Shown here: piece by piece, positions 54,904-64,000 of the stretch
Layout of the letters: every line of letters begins with the position of its first letter
Numbering within the stretch: the first letter of the stretch is position 1
NCBI GenBank assembly: GCA_036403155.1
Contig: DASWRM010000076.1
Coordinates: 66,909-130,908, forward strand
Direction of reading: 5' to 3'
Length of the DNA stretch: 64,000 bases
Origin: Gaiellales bacterium
GTDB taxonomy: Bacteria > Actinomycetota > Thermoleophilia > Gaiellales > JAICJC01
Notes under the pieces: generated by a model
Database searches by the model: none
The model's input: the letters and a program-made list of their open reading frames with translations, nothing else
What the model was told of the DNA's origin: nothing
Made by a program: the position numbers and the translations under genes

Positions 54904-57408
54904 CTAGTTGAGGGTTTCGGCGGGCTGCGAGGAGACGATCTCGTCCAGCATGGCGCGGTACTTCGCCTCCAGGCGCAGTGAGTCCTCCCGCGTGGCGCCC
55001 TCGGCGTAGATGTGAAACACCGGCGCGTCCGGGTCGGGGATCAGCTGCACCCACCCCTCGTCCTCGAACACCTTGATGCCGTCGGTGTGGTCGGTGGTCA
55101 TGTCCTTGAACGCCTCGATCAGCAGCCGCATCGCCGTCCCCTTCAGCGCCCAAGGGCAGGCGGCCTCGCGGTGCACGCGCGTGCTGCGCGGCAGCCCATC
55201 CACCAGCTCGGACAGCCCCTTGCCCGACCGCGCGAGCACCTCGAGCACCTTGCCGGTGGACGCAAGCGCGTCGTAGGCCGGCAGGAAGTCCGGGAACACG
55301 TAGCCGCCGCCCGACGCCCCGGCGAAGAGCACCCCCTCGGAGGTCGCCGCGGAGAGCAGCGCGTGCAGCGATGCCTCCGTCCGCCCCAGCCGTCCACCGT
55401 CCCCGTTGCCGCTGACGACCTGCTCGACGGCGCTCGTCTCGGTGATCGGGACGAGCAGCGACCCGGTGGACACGTGGTGGGACAGCTCCCGCAGGAGCAG
55501 CAGCAGCGTCGTCTCGGCGTCGATCGGCCGGCCGGACTCGTCGACCAGCCAGATCCGCTCCGCCGAGACGTCGAGCAGCACGCCCAGATCGGCCCCGACG
55601 GCGCGGACGAGGCTCGACGTCTCGTCGAGGCCCACCTGCTGCTGTCGCGGGGCGGCATCGCCCGTCTCGACGAAGCCGTTGATCGCGATCAGCTCGACTC
55701 CCAGCTCTCCGATCATCAGCGGCACGACCAGCGAGGCCGGCGACATCGCGTAGTTCAGCACCAGCCGGAACTCCCGCGCCCGGATCGCCTCCACGTCGAG
55801 CACCTCCAGCAGGTCCTGCGCGTAGATCTCTATCGCCCGCGACGGATACGACAGCCGGCCGATCTCGCTCGCCGACACGCGTCTGAACTCCTGGCGCGAG
55901 TACATGCGCTCGATCGACCTCAGCGTGGCCTCCGAGACGAGGATCCCCGGTGCCTCGAAGAAGCGGATGTGCACCTGCTCCGGATCGTCGGGTGAGACGT
56001 GGACGTGCACGCCGCCGGCGCGCTCGTCGATCTTCAGCTGGTGGCGGTTGACCGCGGGCATCGAGACGCGCAGGTCGGAGACGTTCACCCCCGTGGCCGC
56101 CAGCCCCGAGATCAGCGCACGCTTGATCATCCGCGCGGCCGGGTTTGCGTCGCGGCTGACGACGATGCGAGCGCCCCGCCCGAGCGTCGTTCCGTACGCC
56201 ATGCCGATCCGGGAGGCGACGTCGGGCGTGATGTCCACGTTGACGAGGCCGCTGACGTCGTCTCGGCCGAACAGGGTCGTAAGGCCTCGCGACTCCCAGA
56301 TCAGGTTCGAGTGGATCGCCGCGCCGGCCTCGATCGTCTTGAACGGGTACACCTTCACGTTCGGGGCGAGCACGGACTGCGAGCCGATCGAGCACTCGTC
56401 GCCGATCGCGACCCCCTCGTTGATGACCGCGTGGGCGCGCACGTCGACGCCCTTGCCGAGGATCGCGCCCTCGATCCGGGCGCTCTGGCCGATGTAGCTC
56501 CCCGAGTCGATCACGCACCGGCTGATGGTGGCGCCGTCCTTCACGATCGCGTTGTTGCCGAGCACGCTGTAGGCGCCGACCCGGGCCCCGACCTCGATCT
56601 TCGAATAGTTGCCGACGTATGCCGGCCCCTCGATCTGCGTCAGGTCGGGCAGCTGCACGCCGTCTCCGAGGTAGACGTTGTCGCGCAGGCGGATGCCGGG
56701 CAGCTCCAGCTCGATGCGGCCGTCGAGGGCGTCGAAGTTGGCCTGCCGGTACTGGTCGAGGTTGCCGATGTCCTGCCAGTATCCCTCGACCACGTGGCCG
56801 TGCAGCGGCTTCCCGCGCGACAGGCAGTCGGGGAACAGCTGCTTCGAGAAGTCGTATGGCTCGCCGGTCGGCATGTTGCGCAGCACCTCGGGCTCGAGCA
56901 CGTAGACGCCGGTGTTGATCGTGTCCGAGAACACCTGTCCCCAGGACGGCTTCTCGAGGAACCGCTGGATGCGGCCGTCCTCGTCGATGATCACCACCCC
57001 GAACTCGAGCGGGTTCTCGACCGACTTCAGGCCCAGCGTCGCGACCGCGCCGCTGCGCCGGTGGGCGTCGACGATGCCGGTCAGGTCGAAGTCGCACAGC
57101 GCATCGCCGGAGATGACGATGAACGTCTCGTCCAGCAGCGACTCGGCGTGCTTGACGCTCCCCGCCGTGCCCAGCGGCGTCTCCTCGACCGAGTACTGGA
57201 GCGAGACGCCCATCGAGTCGCCGTCGCCGAAGTAGCCGCGGATGACCTGCGGCAGGTAGGCGACGGTGACCACGATCTCCGTGATGCCGTGCCGCCGGAG
57301 CAGGTCGATGATGTGCTCCATGCACGGCTTCCCCGCGATCGGGACCATCGGCTTCGGCTGGTTCGACGTCAGCGGGCGAAGGCGCGTGCCCTCGCCGCCT
57401 GCCATCAC
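54904..57408 (-). CDS. sugar-1-phosphate nucleotidyltransferase fused to a left-handed beta-helix and a phosphohexomutase-like (apparently degenerate) domain
   Basis: [23 protein letters not shown] nucleotidyltransferase loop, hexapeptide repeats, then four PGM/PMM-like domains in which TASHNP is replaced by HVSPDDP and DGDGDR by DVSAER. The start is ambiguous (GTG 57408, ATG 57405, or a non-canonical ATC 57420 giving IKAVVMAGG). Confidence 0.8.
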   Translation of the reverse strand: MMAGGEGTRLRPLTSNQPKPMVPIAGKPCMEHIIDLLRRHGITEIVVTVAYLPQVIRGYFGDGDSMGVSLQYSVEETPLGTAGSVKHAESLLDETFIVISGDALCDFDLTGIVDAHRRSGAVATLGLKSVENPLEFGVVIIDEDGRIQRFLEKPSWGQVFSDTINTGVYVLEPEVLRNMPTGEPYDFSKQLFPDCLSRGKPLHGHVVEGYWQDIGNLDQYRQANFDALDGRIELELPGIRLRDNVYLGDGVQLPDLTQIEGPAYVGNYSKIEVGARVGAYSVLGNNAIVKDGATISRCVIDSGSYIGQSARIEGAILGKGVDVRAHAVINEGVAIGDECSIGSQSVLAPNVKVYPFKTIEAGAAIHSNLIWESRGLTTLFGRDDVSGLVNVDITPDVASRIGMAYGTTLGRGARIVVSRDANPAARMIKRALISGLAATGVNVSDLRVSMPAVNRHQLKIDERAGGVHVHVSPDDPEQVHIRFFEAPGILVSEATLRSIERMYSRQEFRRVSASEIGRLSYPSRAIEIYAQDLLEVLDVEAIRAREFRLVLNYAMSPASLVVPLMIGELGVELIAINGFVETGDAAPRQQQVGLDETSSLVRAVGADLGVLLDVSAERIWLVDESGRPIDAETTLLLLLRELSHHVSTGSLLVPITETSAVEQVVSGNGDGGRLGRTEASLHALLSAATSEGVLFAGASGGGYVFPDFLPAYDALASTGKVLEVLARSGKGLSELVDGLPRSTRVHREAACPWALKGTAMRLLIEAFKDMTTDHTDGIKVFEDEGWVQLIPDPDAPVFHIYAEGATREDSLRLEAKYRAMLDEIVSSQPAETLN

Positions 57409-57932
57409 GACGGCTTTGATTCGAGGCCTCCCTCGTGCGGCCGCACGTACTTCGCACCCGCCAGCACCGACAGGACGAGGCCCAGTGCGAAGACCACCTT
57501 CGGCCAGCCCCCGTCCACGAGCATGAGCAGGAAGAGCGACAGCATGATCGCCGCGGTCGCCGCCTTCCCGGTCAGGTTGACCCGCACCTCGGTCGCCTCG
57601 TGGCGCGCGCGGAAGAGGGCCGCAAGCAGCGCATCGCGAAGCAGCACAGGCGCGGCCAGCCACCACTCGAGCCGCTGGTGGTACACCAGCAGGATCAGCG
57701 CCAGGTTGATCAGCAACCGGTCCGCGAGCGGGTCGACGATCCGCCCGAACCGCGACTGCACGTGGGCCTGGCGGGCCAGGTACCCGTCGAGGAAGTCCGT
57801 GCTCGCCGCAACGGCGAACAGCACGGCGGCTCCGGTGCTGAGCGCATCGTCGGCTCGTGCCAGGAGGACGGTGAAGGGTGCCACCGCGACCAGCCTGGCG
57901 GCCGTCAGCGTGTTCGGCAGCCATCGCACCAC
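57405..57932 (-). CDS. CDP-alcohol phosphatidyltransferase (PgsA2/eukaryote-type cardiolipin synthase-like)
   Basis: [26 protein letters not shown] is a complete D-x2-DG-x2-AR-x8-G-x3-D-x3-D motif. It has 4-5 TM segments. Start at GTG 57932 or 57929. Confidence 0.8.
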   Translation of the reverse strand: MVRWLPNTLTAARLVAVAPFTVLLARADDALSTGAAVLFAVAASTDFLDGYLARQAHVQSRFGRIVDPLADRLLINLALILLVYHQRLEWWLAAPVLLRDALLAALFRARHEATEVRVNLTGKAATAAIMLSLFLLMLVDGGWPKVVFALGLVLSVLAGAKYVRPHEGGLESKPS

Positions 57933-57943
57933 AGTGCGGGAGT

Positions 57944-58831
57944 CTACCGGGCGGCTCCTCGCAGCCCGGCCACCGCTCCACGCGCGGGAACGGCATGGCG
58001 AGCCGCCAGCGGATGGTGGAGCAGCCAGGCGGACGCGAGTCCCTGCCATTCGCCGTAGCGCTCGATCAGCGGTGCGTCGGAGTCCAGTCCCAGCGCCCGT
58101 GCCAGCCGCACCAGCCCAAGATCGCCGACCAGCCCGTGCTCGTGGCGCCCTACGCCGTACATCAGGAGCACGCCCGCCGACCACGGGCCCAGCCCCGGCT
58201 CACGCAGGATGCGTGCGCGTGCGGTGGCGGCCGGCTCGACCGCGAGCCGGTCGAGTGGCAGCCGGCGAGCGGCGCGGACGAGCACGACCGCGCGCTTCGG
58301 CGAGAGCCCGGCCCGTTCCAGCAGCGCGGGATGGATCGCGCCCAGGTCGCGCGCGGTCGGTGGAAGCGCGAACGGCCCGACGCGCCGGCCATGGCGGTGG
58401 ATGATCCGCCGCTCGATCTGGAGCGCCTCGCTCGAACGGATCAGCTGGCCGCACACGGCACGGATCAGCGCCTGCTCTGGCGTCGCGACGAGCAGCGGGC
58501 GCAGACCCCGAAGCCGGGTGGCGAGCGGTGCCAGCAGCGGGTCGGAGGCGGCCAGCCGCAGGAACGGTCGAGTGTCCAGCCGCACCGTCAGCAGCTCGGC
58601 CAGCCGGTCGTGGGCGGCGGCCGCGTCATCGGCCTCGATGCGGGCGAGGATGCGCCCGTCGGCCGCCTGCCAGACATTCGCCCGCGCGTCGCCCGCGCCT
58701 GCGGTGAACGCCAGCTCGACCACTCCCCCGCGCCGCCGGCGCGTTGCGTCGGGCGGCACGGCGACGATCCCGAGCCGCAGGGGAGCGACCGGTGTGTAGG
58801 CGACCTCGAGCATCGCCTCCATCCTATGCAT
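57944..58831 (-). CDS. HhH-GPD DNA glycosylase (AlkA-like, 3-methyladenine glycosylase II family)
   Basis: LPLDRLAV...[32 protein letters not shown] is a helix-hairpin-helix plus catalytic Asp region. The ATG overlaps the EamA stop (TGATG). Confidence 0.7.
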   Translation of the reverse strand: MHRMEAMLEVAYTPVAPLRLGIVAVPPDATRRRRGGVVELAFTAGAGDARANVWQAADGRILARIEADDAAAAHDRLAELLTVRLDTRPFLRLAASDPLLAPLATRLRGLRPLLVATPEQALIRAVCGQLIRSSEALQIERRIIHRHGRRVGPFALPPTARDLGAIHPALLERAGLSPKRAVVLVRAARRLPLDRLAVEPAATARARILREPGLGPWSAGVLLMYGVGRHEHGLVGDLGLVRLARALGLDSDAPLIERYGEWQGLASAWLLHHPLAARHAVPARGAVAGLRGAAR

Positions 58832-59733
58832 CACGGCGGCGGCGGCGATGCCTCCACACCGCGGGCGGCCCCCGGGACGCGCACCTCGCCGCTCACCTGG
58901 ATGACCACGGCGAGCAGCACCACCGCCCCTCCGGCGAGCGTGGCCGCGTCGGGCGTCTCGGCGAACGCAAGCCAGACCCACAGCGGCCCGAGAACCACCT
59001 CGAGCAGGGTGATCAGCGCCACCTCCGCCGCGGCGATCAGGCGGGCGCCGACGGTGAACAGGGCGAGTCCGACGCCCATCTGGAAGCCTCCCAGCAGCAC
59101 CAGGTACCCGAGGTCGTGCGCCGTGACGGCGGAGGGGTCTGCGAACGGGACGGCCGCCAGCAGCAGAAGCAGCTGCGCGAGGCACGTTGCCGGCGCCATC
59201 GAGACGTCCCGCCGGTGCCGGGTGATGACGATGGCGATGGCAAACGACAGCGACATGAGCAGTGACACGCCGTCGCCCGTCAGGTCGGCGTCGCCCGGCG
59301 CTCCGATCATGAGGGCGACGCCGCACAGCGCCGTCAGCATCGCGAGCCAGATGCGGGCGGTGATCTGCTCGCGCAGCGCGAGCCACGCAAGCAGCGCGGC
59401 GAGCACGGGCGAGATCGCCTGGATGAACAGGACGTGCGCCACCGTGGTGTGGTTCAGCGCGACGATGAAGCAGCCCGACGCGGTCGCCATGCAGACGGCG
59501 ACGGCGACTCCCGGGGCCCCGATCGACCGGAACGCCGGCAGGACCCCGCGGCGATCGGTCAACGCCACGTAGAGCAGCAGCGCAAGCAGCGCGAACCCTG
59601 CGCGGCCGCCGAGCTGCGTCGGCGTGTCGACCGTCAGCTCCCGCTGGAACACCCCCGCCGTCGACCAGGCAACGGCGCCGAGCGCGACAGCGAGCTGCCC
59701 GCGACGGTGTGCTGCCAGGGCAGGTCGCTCCAC
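58831..59733 (-). CDS. EamA/DMT-family transporter
   Basis: A ten-TM protein with two EamA-like halves (AVAWSTAGVF..., LLGGFQMGVGLALF...). Confidence 0.75.
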   Translation of the reverse strand: MERPALAAHRRGQLAVALGAVAWSTAGVFQRELTVDTPTQLGGRAGFALLALLLYVALTDRRGVLPAFRSIGAPGVAVAVCMATASGCFIVALNHTTVAHVLFIQAISPVLAALLAWLALREQITARIWLAMLTALCGVALMIGAPGDADLTGDGVSLLMSLSFAIAIVITRHRRDVSMAPATCLAQLLLLLAAVPFADPSAVTAHDLGYLVLLGGFQMGVGLALFTVGARLIAAAEVALITLLEVVLGPLWVWLAFAETPDAATLAGGAVVLLAVVIQVSGEVRVPGAARGVEASPPPP

Positions 59734-59754
59734 GACCGCGGAGCATATGCCGCG

Positions 59755-60114
59755 TCAGGCGGCCCGCGGGTCGCGGACGACCGCGGCCAGATCCGCGCGG
59801 CCGTCCCGCTCGAACACCGATGCAAGCGCCGCACCGGCCCGATCCGGCGACGGGCCGGCCAGGCCTCGCAGACAGGTGGCCAGCAGCTCCAGGTGGTCGA
59901 GCCGCATGGACGGCCGTTCCTCCAGGCACCGGGCGAGCCACCGCGCGGCCGCGCGCTCATAGCGGTCGGAGTCGCCCCGGTAGAGCAGGCACAGGGCCAG
60001 CGCGTCCGCGAGCGAGAGCTGCCGCAGCTCGCGAGCCGCGCTCTCCGCGATGCCCGGGTTGCCGGTGGCCAGCGCACGGCGGAACCGGGCGTAGGCATGT
60101 CCCTGTGACGTCAC
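59755..60114 (-). CDS. hypothetical helical protein (119 aa)
   Basis: GTG 60114. Ala/Arg/Leu-rich helices (AYARFRRALATGNPGIAESAARELRQLSLADALAL). It is divergent from the PP2C gene, 39 bp away. Confidence 0.35.
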   Translation of the reverse strand: MTSQGHAYARFRRALATGNPGIAESAARELRQLSLADALALCLLYRGDSDRYERAAARWLARCLEERPSMRLDHLELLATCLRGLAGPSPDRAGAALASVFERDGRADLAAVVRDPRAA

Positions 60115-60153
60115 GAACGCATGTTCGCATATCGGCTGTGCTGAACTACCGGC

Positions 60154-61239
60154 ATGCGCGCACGGCCGTTCGCGTCACCCGCCCGGGCGGCCGCCGCCGT
60201 GGTGGTCGCCCAGCTCGCGATCGCGCTGCCGTTCCTGGTCGTGTCGCCGTCCGCGGTGCGCGGCGTGCCCGGCCCGCTGCTGATCGTCATCAGCATGGCG
60301 GCGAGCTACCGGCTGGGCGTGCGCTGGGGCATTCCGATCACGCTGCTCGGCGTGCTGCTGGCCGTGGTCGTCATCGACGAGAACGCGATAGCCGCACCGG
60401 TCGTCTGGATCCCCGCCGCCGTGGCGGCCGGCTTCGTCGGCGACAACGTCCGCCGCGGTGAGCGGCTGCGAACGTCGCTGATCAGGCAGCTCCGCGCCGG
60501 GCTGGTGGCGCTGTCCCGCGACCGCATCGTCGGAAGGGTGACGGTTGTCAGCCGGTACCTTCCCGCCGAGGAGGAGCAGCTGCTCGCCGGCGACTTCTAC
60601 GGCGTCGTGCGATCCCCCGACGGCATGGTGTCGCTGATGGTCGGCGACGTCTCGGGCCACGGGCCGGACGCGGCCGCTGTCGCCACGCATCTCCGTGCCG
60701 CATGGCGCGCGCTGGCGGTGGCGGGCATCGAGGCCGGGGAGATCCTCAGGGTGCTGAACGACGGGCTCCTCTCCGAGCAGCGAGCCGGCGGCGGTACCCG
60801 TTTCGCGACGATCTGCCTCGCGTCCGTGGCCGATGACCTGTCATGCGCGACGCTGTCGGTCGCCGGTCACCCCACCCCGATCCTGGCCACGCCGGACGGG
60901 GTCCGGGAGCTTCCCGTCCGGCGCGGCCCGCCGATCGGCGTCGTGGACTCGTTCGGGTGGGAGCCACACGACGTGCCGCTGCCGGCCGGCGCGTGGACGC
61001 TGATGCTCTTCACCGACGGCCTGATCGAGGGACGGTCGTCGCCGGACGGCCCTCGCCCGTTCGGCGTGGACAGGCTGCTTCGGCTGATCGCGGAGGCCCC
61101 TCCGCCCCTCGTGGAGCCGCAGGTCGACGCCGTGCTCGCGCGGGTGCGCGAGGCGAACGGGGGCCCGATGGCCGACGACATCGTCGTGCTCGCCGTGTCG
61201 CCGGCCTCCTCGGAGGCCGGCCCGGCTACGTCACGCTGA
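60154..61239 (+). CDS. membrane-anchored PP2C/SpoIIE-family serine phosphatase
   Basis: N-terminal TM segments, then LAGDFYGV...MVGDVSGHGPDAA...FTDGLIEGR...DDIVVLAV. Confidence 0.8.
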   Translation: MRARPFASPARAAAAVVVAQLAIALPFLVVSPSAVRGVPGPLLIVISMAASYRLGVRWGIPITLLGVLLAVVVIDENAIAAPVVWIPAAVAAGFVGDNVRRGERLRTSLIRQLRAGLVALSRDRIVGRVTVVSRYLPAEEEQLLAGDFYGVVRSPDGMVSLMVGDVSGHGPDAAAVATHLRAAWRALAVAGIEAGEILRVLNDGLLSEQRAGGGTRFATICLASVADDLSCATLSVAGHPTPILATPDGVRELPVRRGPPIGVVDSFGWEPHDVPLPAGAWTLMLFTDGLIEGRSSPDGPRPFGVDRLLRLIAEAPPPLVEPQVDAVLARVREANGGPMADDIVVLAVSPASSEAGPATSR

Positions 61240-62527
61240 TCGTCTCGCTCGACCCGTCCCAGCCGTGCGCGCCGGCGAGCGCGATGGTGGCGGCGCCCGC
61301 CGCCGCTCCGGCGGGAATCGTCAGCACGGATCCCGTGAACGCGCCCAAGCCGTCGACGGGCACCGTGCCGAGCGCCGTCGTGTGCCCGGCGGAGTCCTTG
61401 AGCGTGACCGTCAGCGTCGTGCCCGGCGTGAAGTTCGCTCCGTCCACCGTCAGCGAGTCACCACGGGCCACGGCGCGCACCGACGGTGCGAACGAACCGC
61501 CCGGCACGCACGTCGCTGTCGCGTTGTCGTACTCGGTCTGAAGCGAGTAGAAATGGCCGTTCCAGCCTTCGTTCGCACGACCGCCGTCCAGCGTCGAGCC
61601 GGTCATGTCGTAGGCGCACTTGTCGCCGATCTCGAGGCCGGCGCTGTCCCACCAGGCACTCAGGAGCGGGTCGGTGACCGCCTCCAGCTGTTCGTGGCTG
61701 GTGATGCTGGCCTCGATGTCGCTCGACCGGTCGTTCGGGAAGCTGGTGTCCGCGGTGCAGAGGCTGCTCGTCGAGCCCGCCTTCGACGAGAACGGGATGT
61801 CGCCGTAGGGCATGTCCGCATAGACGACGTTGTGCGTGCCCCGCGTGAAGTAGCTGTGGTAGGCGCAGTACCCGAGCGGGTGGCCTCCGGAGTCCACGGG
61901 ATAGAGAAAGCACGCGGTGCGGTCGACGCAGGTGTACTCGCCCCGGCTGAGAAACACGAAGTAGATCTGGCGCAACCCACCCTTGAGCCCGTGCGCCGCC
62001 ATCACCTTGCCGATCTCCGCCTGGATCTGGGCATCGGTGAGGCAGTTCGTCCGCTGGGCGGTCTTCGCAAACGCCGCCGGGCACCGGGTGGCCGGGTACG
62101 GCGACGTGTCCTTGTAGGCCGCCAGGAGCTGGGAGCCGTTCCGGATGCCGCCGTACTGCGCGACCGCGCCGTAGAGGCCCTTCCCGCCCACGTCGCTCAG
62201 GTACCGCTTGAGCGCCGCGTCATAGCCGGTGCTGACCGTCGCGGCGGCCCCGCTCTGCAGCTGCTTCGGACGCCAGAAGATGGCGATCGAGCTGGTCGGC
62301 CCCGTCATCACCGGTCCGCCGTGGTACTGCAGCTTCCCCGCACCCGACACGGCGAACGTCCGCGGCCCGAGGCTGCGCGCCGGCAGCACATGCGCATGAC
62401 CGACGTGCCGGGGCGAGAGGCGGTGAACCGCGCCCGCGGCGCCGGCAGCCTGCGCCGCGGCCGTCGTCACGGCAAGCGCGCCCAGAGCGGCCAGCCCACC
62501 TAGATGCCTCACCCACTTCACCTTCAT
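61226..62527 (-). CDS. secreted protein with Cys-rich catalytic-looking domain and C-terminal Ig-like (IPT/TIG-like) domain
   Basis: A GGGAGG RBS and the signal peptide MKVKWVRHLGGLAALGALAVTTAAAQA. The body has paired Cys residues and SHEQLEAVTDP. The C-terminal beta domain reads GDSLTVDGANFTPGTTLTVTLKD.... It overlaps the PP2C 3' end by 14 nt (convergent). Confidence 0.55.
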   Translation of the reverse strand: MKVKWVRHLGGLAALGALAVTTAAAQAAGAAGAVHRLSPRHVGHAHVLPARSLGPRTFAVSGAGKLQYHGGPVMTGPTSSIAIFWRPKQLQSGAAATVSTGYDAALKRYLSDVGGKGLYGAVAQYGGIRNGSQLLAAYKDTSPYPATRCPAAFAKTAQRTNCLTDAQIQAEIGKVMAAHGLKGGLRQIYFVFLSRGEYTCVDRTACFLYPVDSGGHPLGYCAYHSYFTRGTHNVVYADMPYGDIPFSSKAGSTSSLCTADTSFPNDRSSDIEASITSHEQLEAVTDPLLSAWWDSAGLEIGDKCAYDMTGSTLDGGRANEGWNGHFYSLQTEYDNATATCVPGGSFAPSVRAVARGDSLTVDGANFTPGTTLTVTLKDSAGHTTALGTVPVDGLGAFTGSVLTIPAGAAAGAATIALAGAHGWDGSSETISVT

Positions 62528-62646
62528 CGCGCCTCCCGTCTCGATGGTACGGACAGGGCGGCCGGTGGTCAACGGCCTCGCTCTCCGCTCCGAGCAGCGG
62601 TGACCGCTCTGCGGTAGGGTCGGCGCACCCGAATGAGGAGGGCAAC

Positions 62647-62946
62647 ATGGCACTCGCACGCGTTGTGTCCTTCGAGGGCGTCAGCGCCTCCCACATGGAG
62701 GATCTGCGCCGGCGGATGACCGAGGGTGAGCAGCCGGATGACATCCCGGCAACCGAGATGATGGTGCTCCACGACCCTGCCGCCGAGACGTCGATGGCGA
62801 TCATCCTCTTCGACAACGAGGAGGACTATCAGCGGGGTGACGCCGCGTTGAACGCAATGCCGGCGGGCGAAACGCCCGGCACGCGTTCGGCGGTGGCGAA
62901 GTACGAGGTCGCCATACGCATGGCCGGTCAGCCGGCGAGCGGCTAG
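62647..62946 (+). CDS. hypothetical protein (99 aa)
   Basis: A GAGGAGG RBS precedes the ATG. Acidic small protein with no motif recognised. Confidence 0.4.
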   Translation: MALARVVSFEGVSASHMEDLRRRMTEGEQPDDIPATEMMVLHDPAAETSMAIILFDNEEDYQRGDAALNAMPAGETPGTRSAVAKYEVAIRMAGQPASG

Positions 62947-63090
62947 GCGGTCGGGGCACGCCGCCGGTTGCCGGGGCGGACCCACCGGCGCCGGCGGCGC
63001 TCATCCGGCGCCACGCTCGCCTGAAGCACCCTTCGTCTATTGCCGCCTGGCAGCGGTGACGATCCATATCGGACGCGACCCGAGAACCCG

Positions 63091-63411
63091 ATGCATCGTC
63101 CCGCCGCACCCCCGCTGTTCTTTCTCCAGGTTCGCCCATCCGGGTCGGTGCGGTGGACGACCCAGGCCGTCGCCGAGGCACCCGAGGTCGTGGCCCGCGA
63201 GGCGGCGAAGGACTGGGAGCTCCCCCTTCGCCTGATCGGCGGCGACCACAGGGTGGTCAGCGATGCGGAGCTGGAGCATGAGGGCGGGCTGGTCGCGATC
63301 GCGGAGGCGATCGCGTCGTTCCACGCTCAGGCGCTGGTCGCGTGCAGGTGGCTGCCGCTGGCGGACGAGATCGTCGGCGCGCCCTCGGGCGCGCCGTGGG
63401 ACACGGTGTAG
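63091..63411 (+). CDS. hypothetical protein (106 aa)
   Basis: ATG 63091 is preferred over TTG 63040 because the upstream codons have poor G/C at third positions. No motif recognised. Confidence 0.3.
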   Translation: MHRPAAPPLFFLQVRPSGSVRWTTQAVAEAPEVVAREAAKDWELPLRLIGGDHRVVSDAELEHEGGLVAIAEAIASFHAQALVACRWLPLADEIVGAPSGAPWDTV

Positions 63412-63420
63412 CCTGCTCGC

Positions 63421-63819
63421 ATGACGGAGCGCACGGCGTCCTGCAGCTGCGGACAACTGACGCTTGTCGCGGCCGGCGATCCCGTTCGCATATCGATGTG
63501 CCACTGCCTCGCCTGCCAGCGCCGGACGGGAAGCGCGTTCGGCATGCAGGCTCGGTATCCCGAGGATCGGGTCGAGACGAGCGGCCGGGCGGCCGAGTAC
63601 GTCCGCACTGCCGACCATGGCGAGATCCGCGCGTTCTCGTTCTGTCCGGAGTGCGGGGCGACCGTGTGGTACCGGGCGGAGACTCAGCCGGAGCTCGTCG
63701 CCGTGCCGATCGGGGCGTTCGCCGACCCGTCGTTCCCGCCCCCGACCGTCTCGGTCTGGGAGTCCCGCAAGTATCCGTGGCTCCAGCTCCCCGAGGGCAT
63801 GAGGCACGAGCACCGCTGA
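63421..63819 (+). CDS. GFA (glutathione-dependent formaldehyde-activating / CENP-V-like) family protein
   Basis: Cys pattern CSCG...CHCLACQRRTGSAF...CPECG is typical of GFA zinc sites. Confidence 0.8.
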   Translation: MTERTASCSCGQLTLVAAGDPVRISMCHCLACQRRTGSAFGMQARYPEDRVETSGRAAEYVRTADHGEIRAFSFCPECGATVWYRAETQPELVAVPIGAFADPSFPPPTVSVWESRKYPWLQLPEGMRHEHR

Positions 63820-63828
63820 GCGCGGCGG

Positions 63829-64000
63829 TCAGCCCGCCGGGCGCGGCCGCGAGTGTGCGGGCACGATCACGACCGGACACAGGCTGTGCGCAGCGCACTG
63901 CTGGCTGACCGACCCGAGCAGCAGGCTGGCGAAGCCGCCGTGTCCGCGCGAGCCGACGACGAGCATCTCGGCCCGCTCCGATTCCTCCACCAGGGCGCCG
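63829..64000 (-). CDS. universal stress protein, C-terminal fragment (gene starts beyond the right edge)
   Basis: Not in the ORF track. The reverse frame reads ...[38 protein letters not shown]... and ends at TGA (63831-63829). This is the UspA ATP-binding G-2x-G-9x-G(S/T) region. Confidence 0.6.
   Translation of the reverse strand, partial: GALVEESERAEMLVVGSRGHGGFASLLLGSVSQQCAAHSLCPVVIVPAHSRPRPAG

Noticed and set aside
54875-58404. Very long alternative-frame ORFs (54875..57457 minus, 860 aa; 55999..58404 plus, 801 aa; 57878..59572 plus, 564 aa)
   Set aside because: They overlap genes with unambiguous catalytic motifs (nucleotidyltransferase, CDP-alcohol phosphatidyltransferase, HhH-GPD, EamA). 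They translate to Arg/Pro/Gly/Ala-rich sequence typical of off-frame reading of high-GC coding DNA.

Overview
This is a very GC-rich chromosomal segment of actinobacterial type. I call about 70 protein genes, using motifs recognised by eye in the supplied ORF translations plus my own reading of the DNA; no searches were run. Most of the window is the conserved housekeeping block, in the same relative order as the mycobacterial rbfA-to-hflX region: DUF503-rbfA-nrnA-truB-ribF, rpsO-pnp-M16 peptidase-dapB, dapA-rnj, ftsK, cinA-recA-recX, rny, miaB-miaA-dapF-dapL-hflX-dut-nudix, murT-gatD, a group 1/2 sigma factor, apt, a small-protein/FHA/MerR operon, and a cls-like gene with a long nucleotidyltransferase. 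I recognised no rRNA, tRNA, CRISPR array, transposase or integrase. The non-core content and the things worth a second look are: (1) a roughly 540-bp mosaic of palindromic half-elements directly 3' of pnp; (2) a 257-bp tandem duplication between apt and the MerR gene whose core carries a terminator-like hairpin plus U4 on the minus strand, a candidate duplicated sRNA; (3) a c-di-GMP neighbourhood at 45.9-52.3 kb containing an HD-GYP gene, a degenerate GGDEF with an intact I-site, a 513-bp leader with a near-consensus promoter, a 688-aa coiled-coil protein, an active GGEEF cyclase and a Cys-rich protein; (4) an 86-aa protein with a single near-consensus RsiG-type c-di-GMP motif; (5) a complete promoter-RBS-ORF-terminator mini-gene for a 49-aa Arg-rich peptide missing from the ORF track; (6) a frameshifted MFS gene; (7) a small islet with a stand-alone homing-endonuclease-associated-repeat protein. 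Many long alternative-frame and antisense ORFs in the track are GC-driven shadows and were rejected. All start codons, repeat counts and identities were hand-derived and need computational confirmation.
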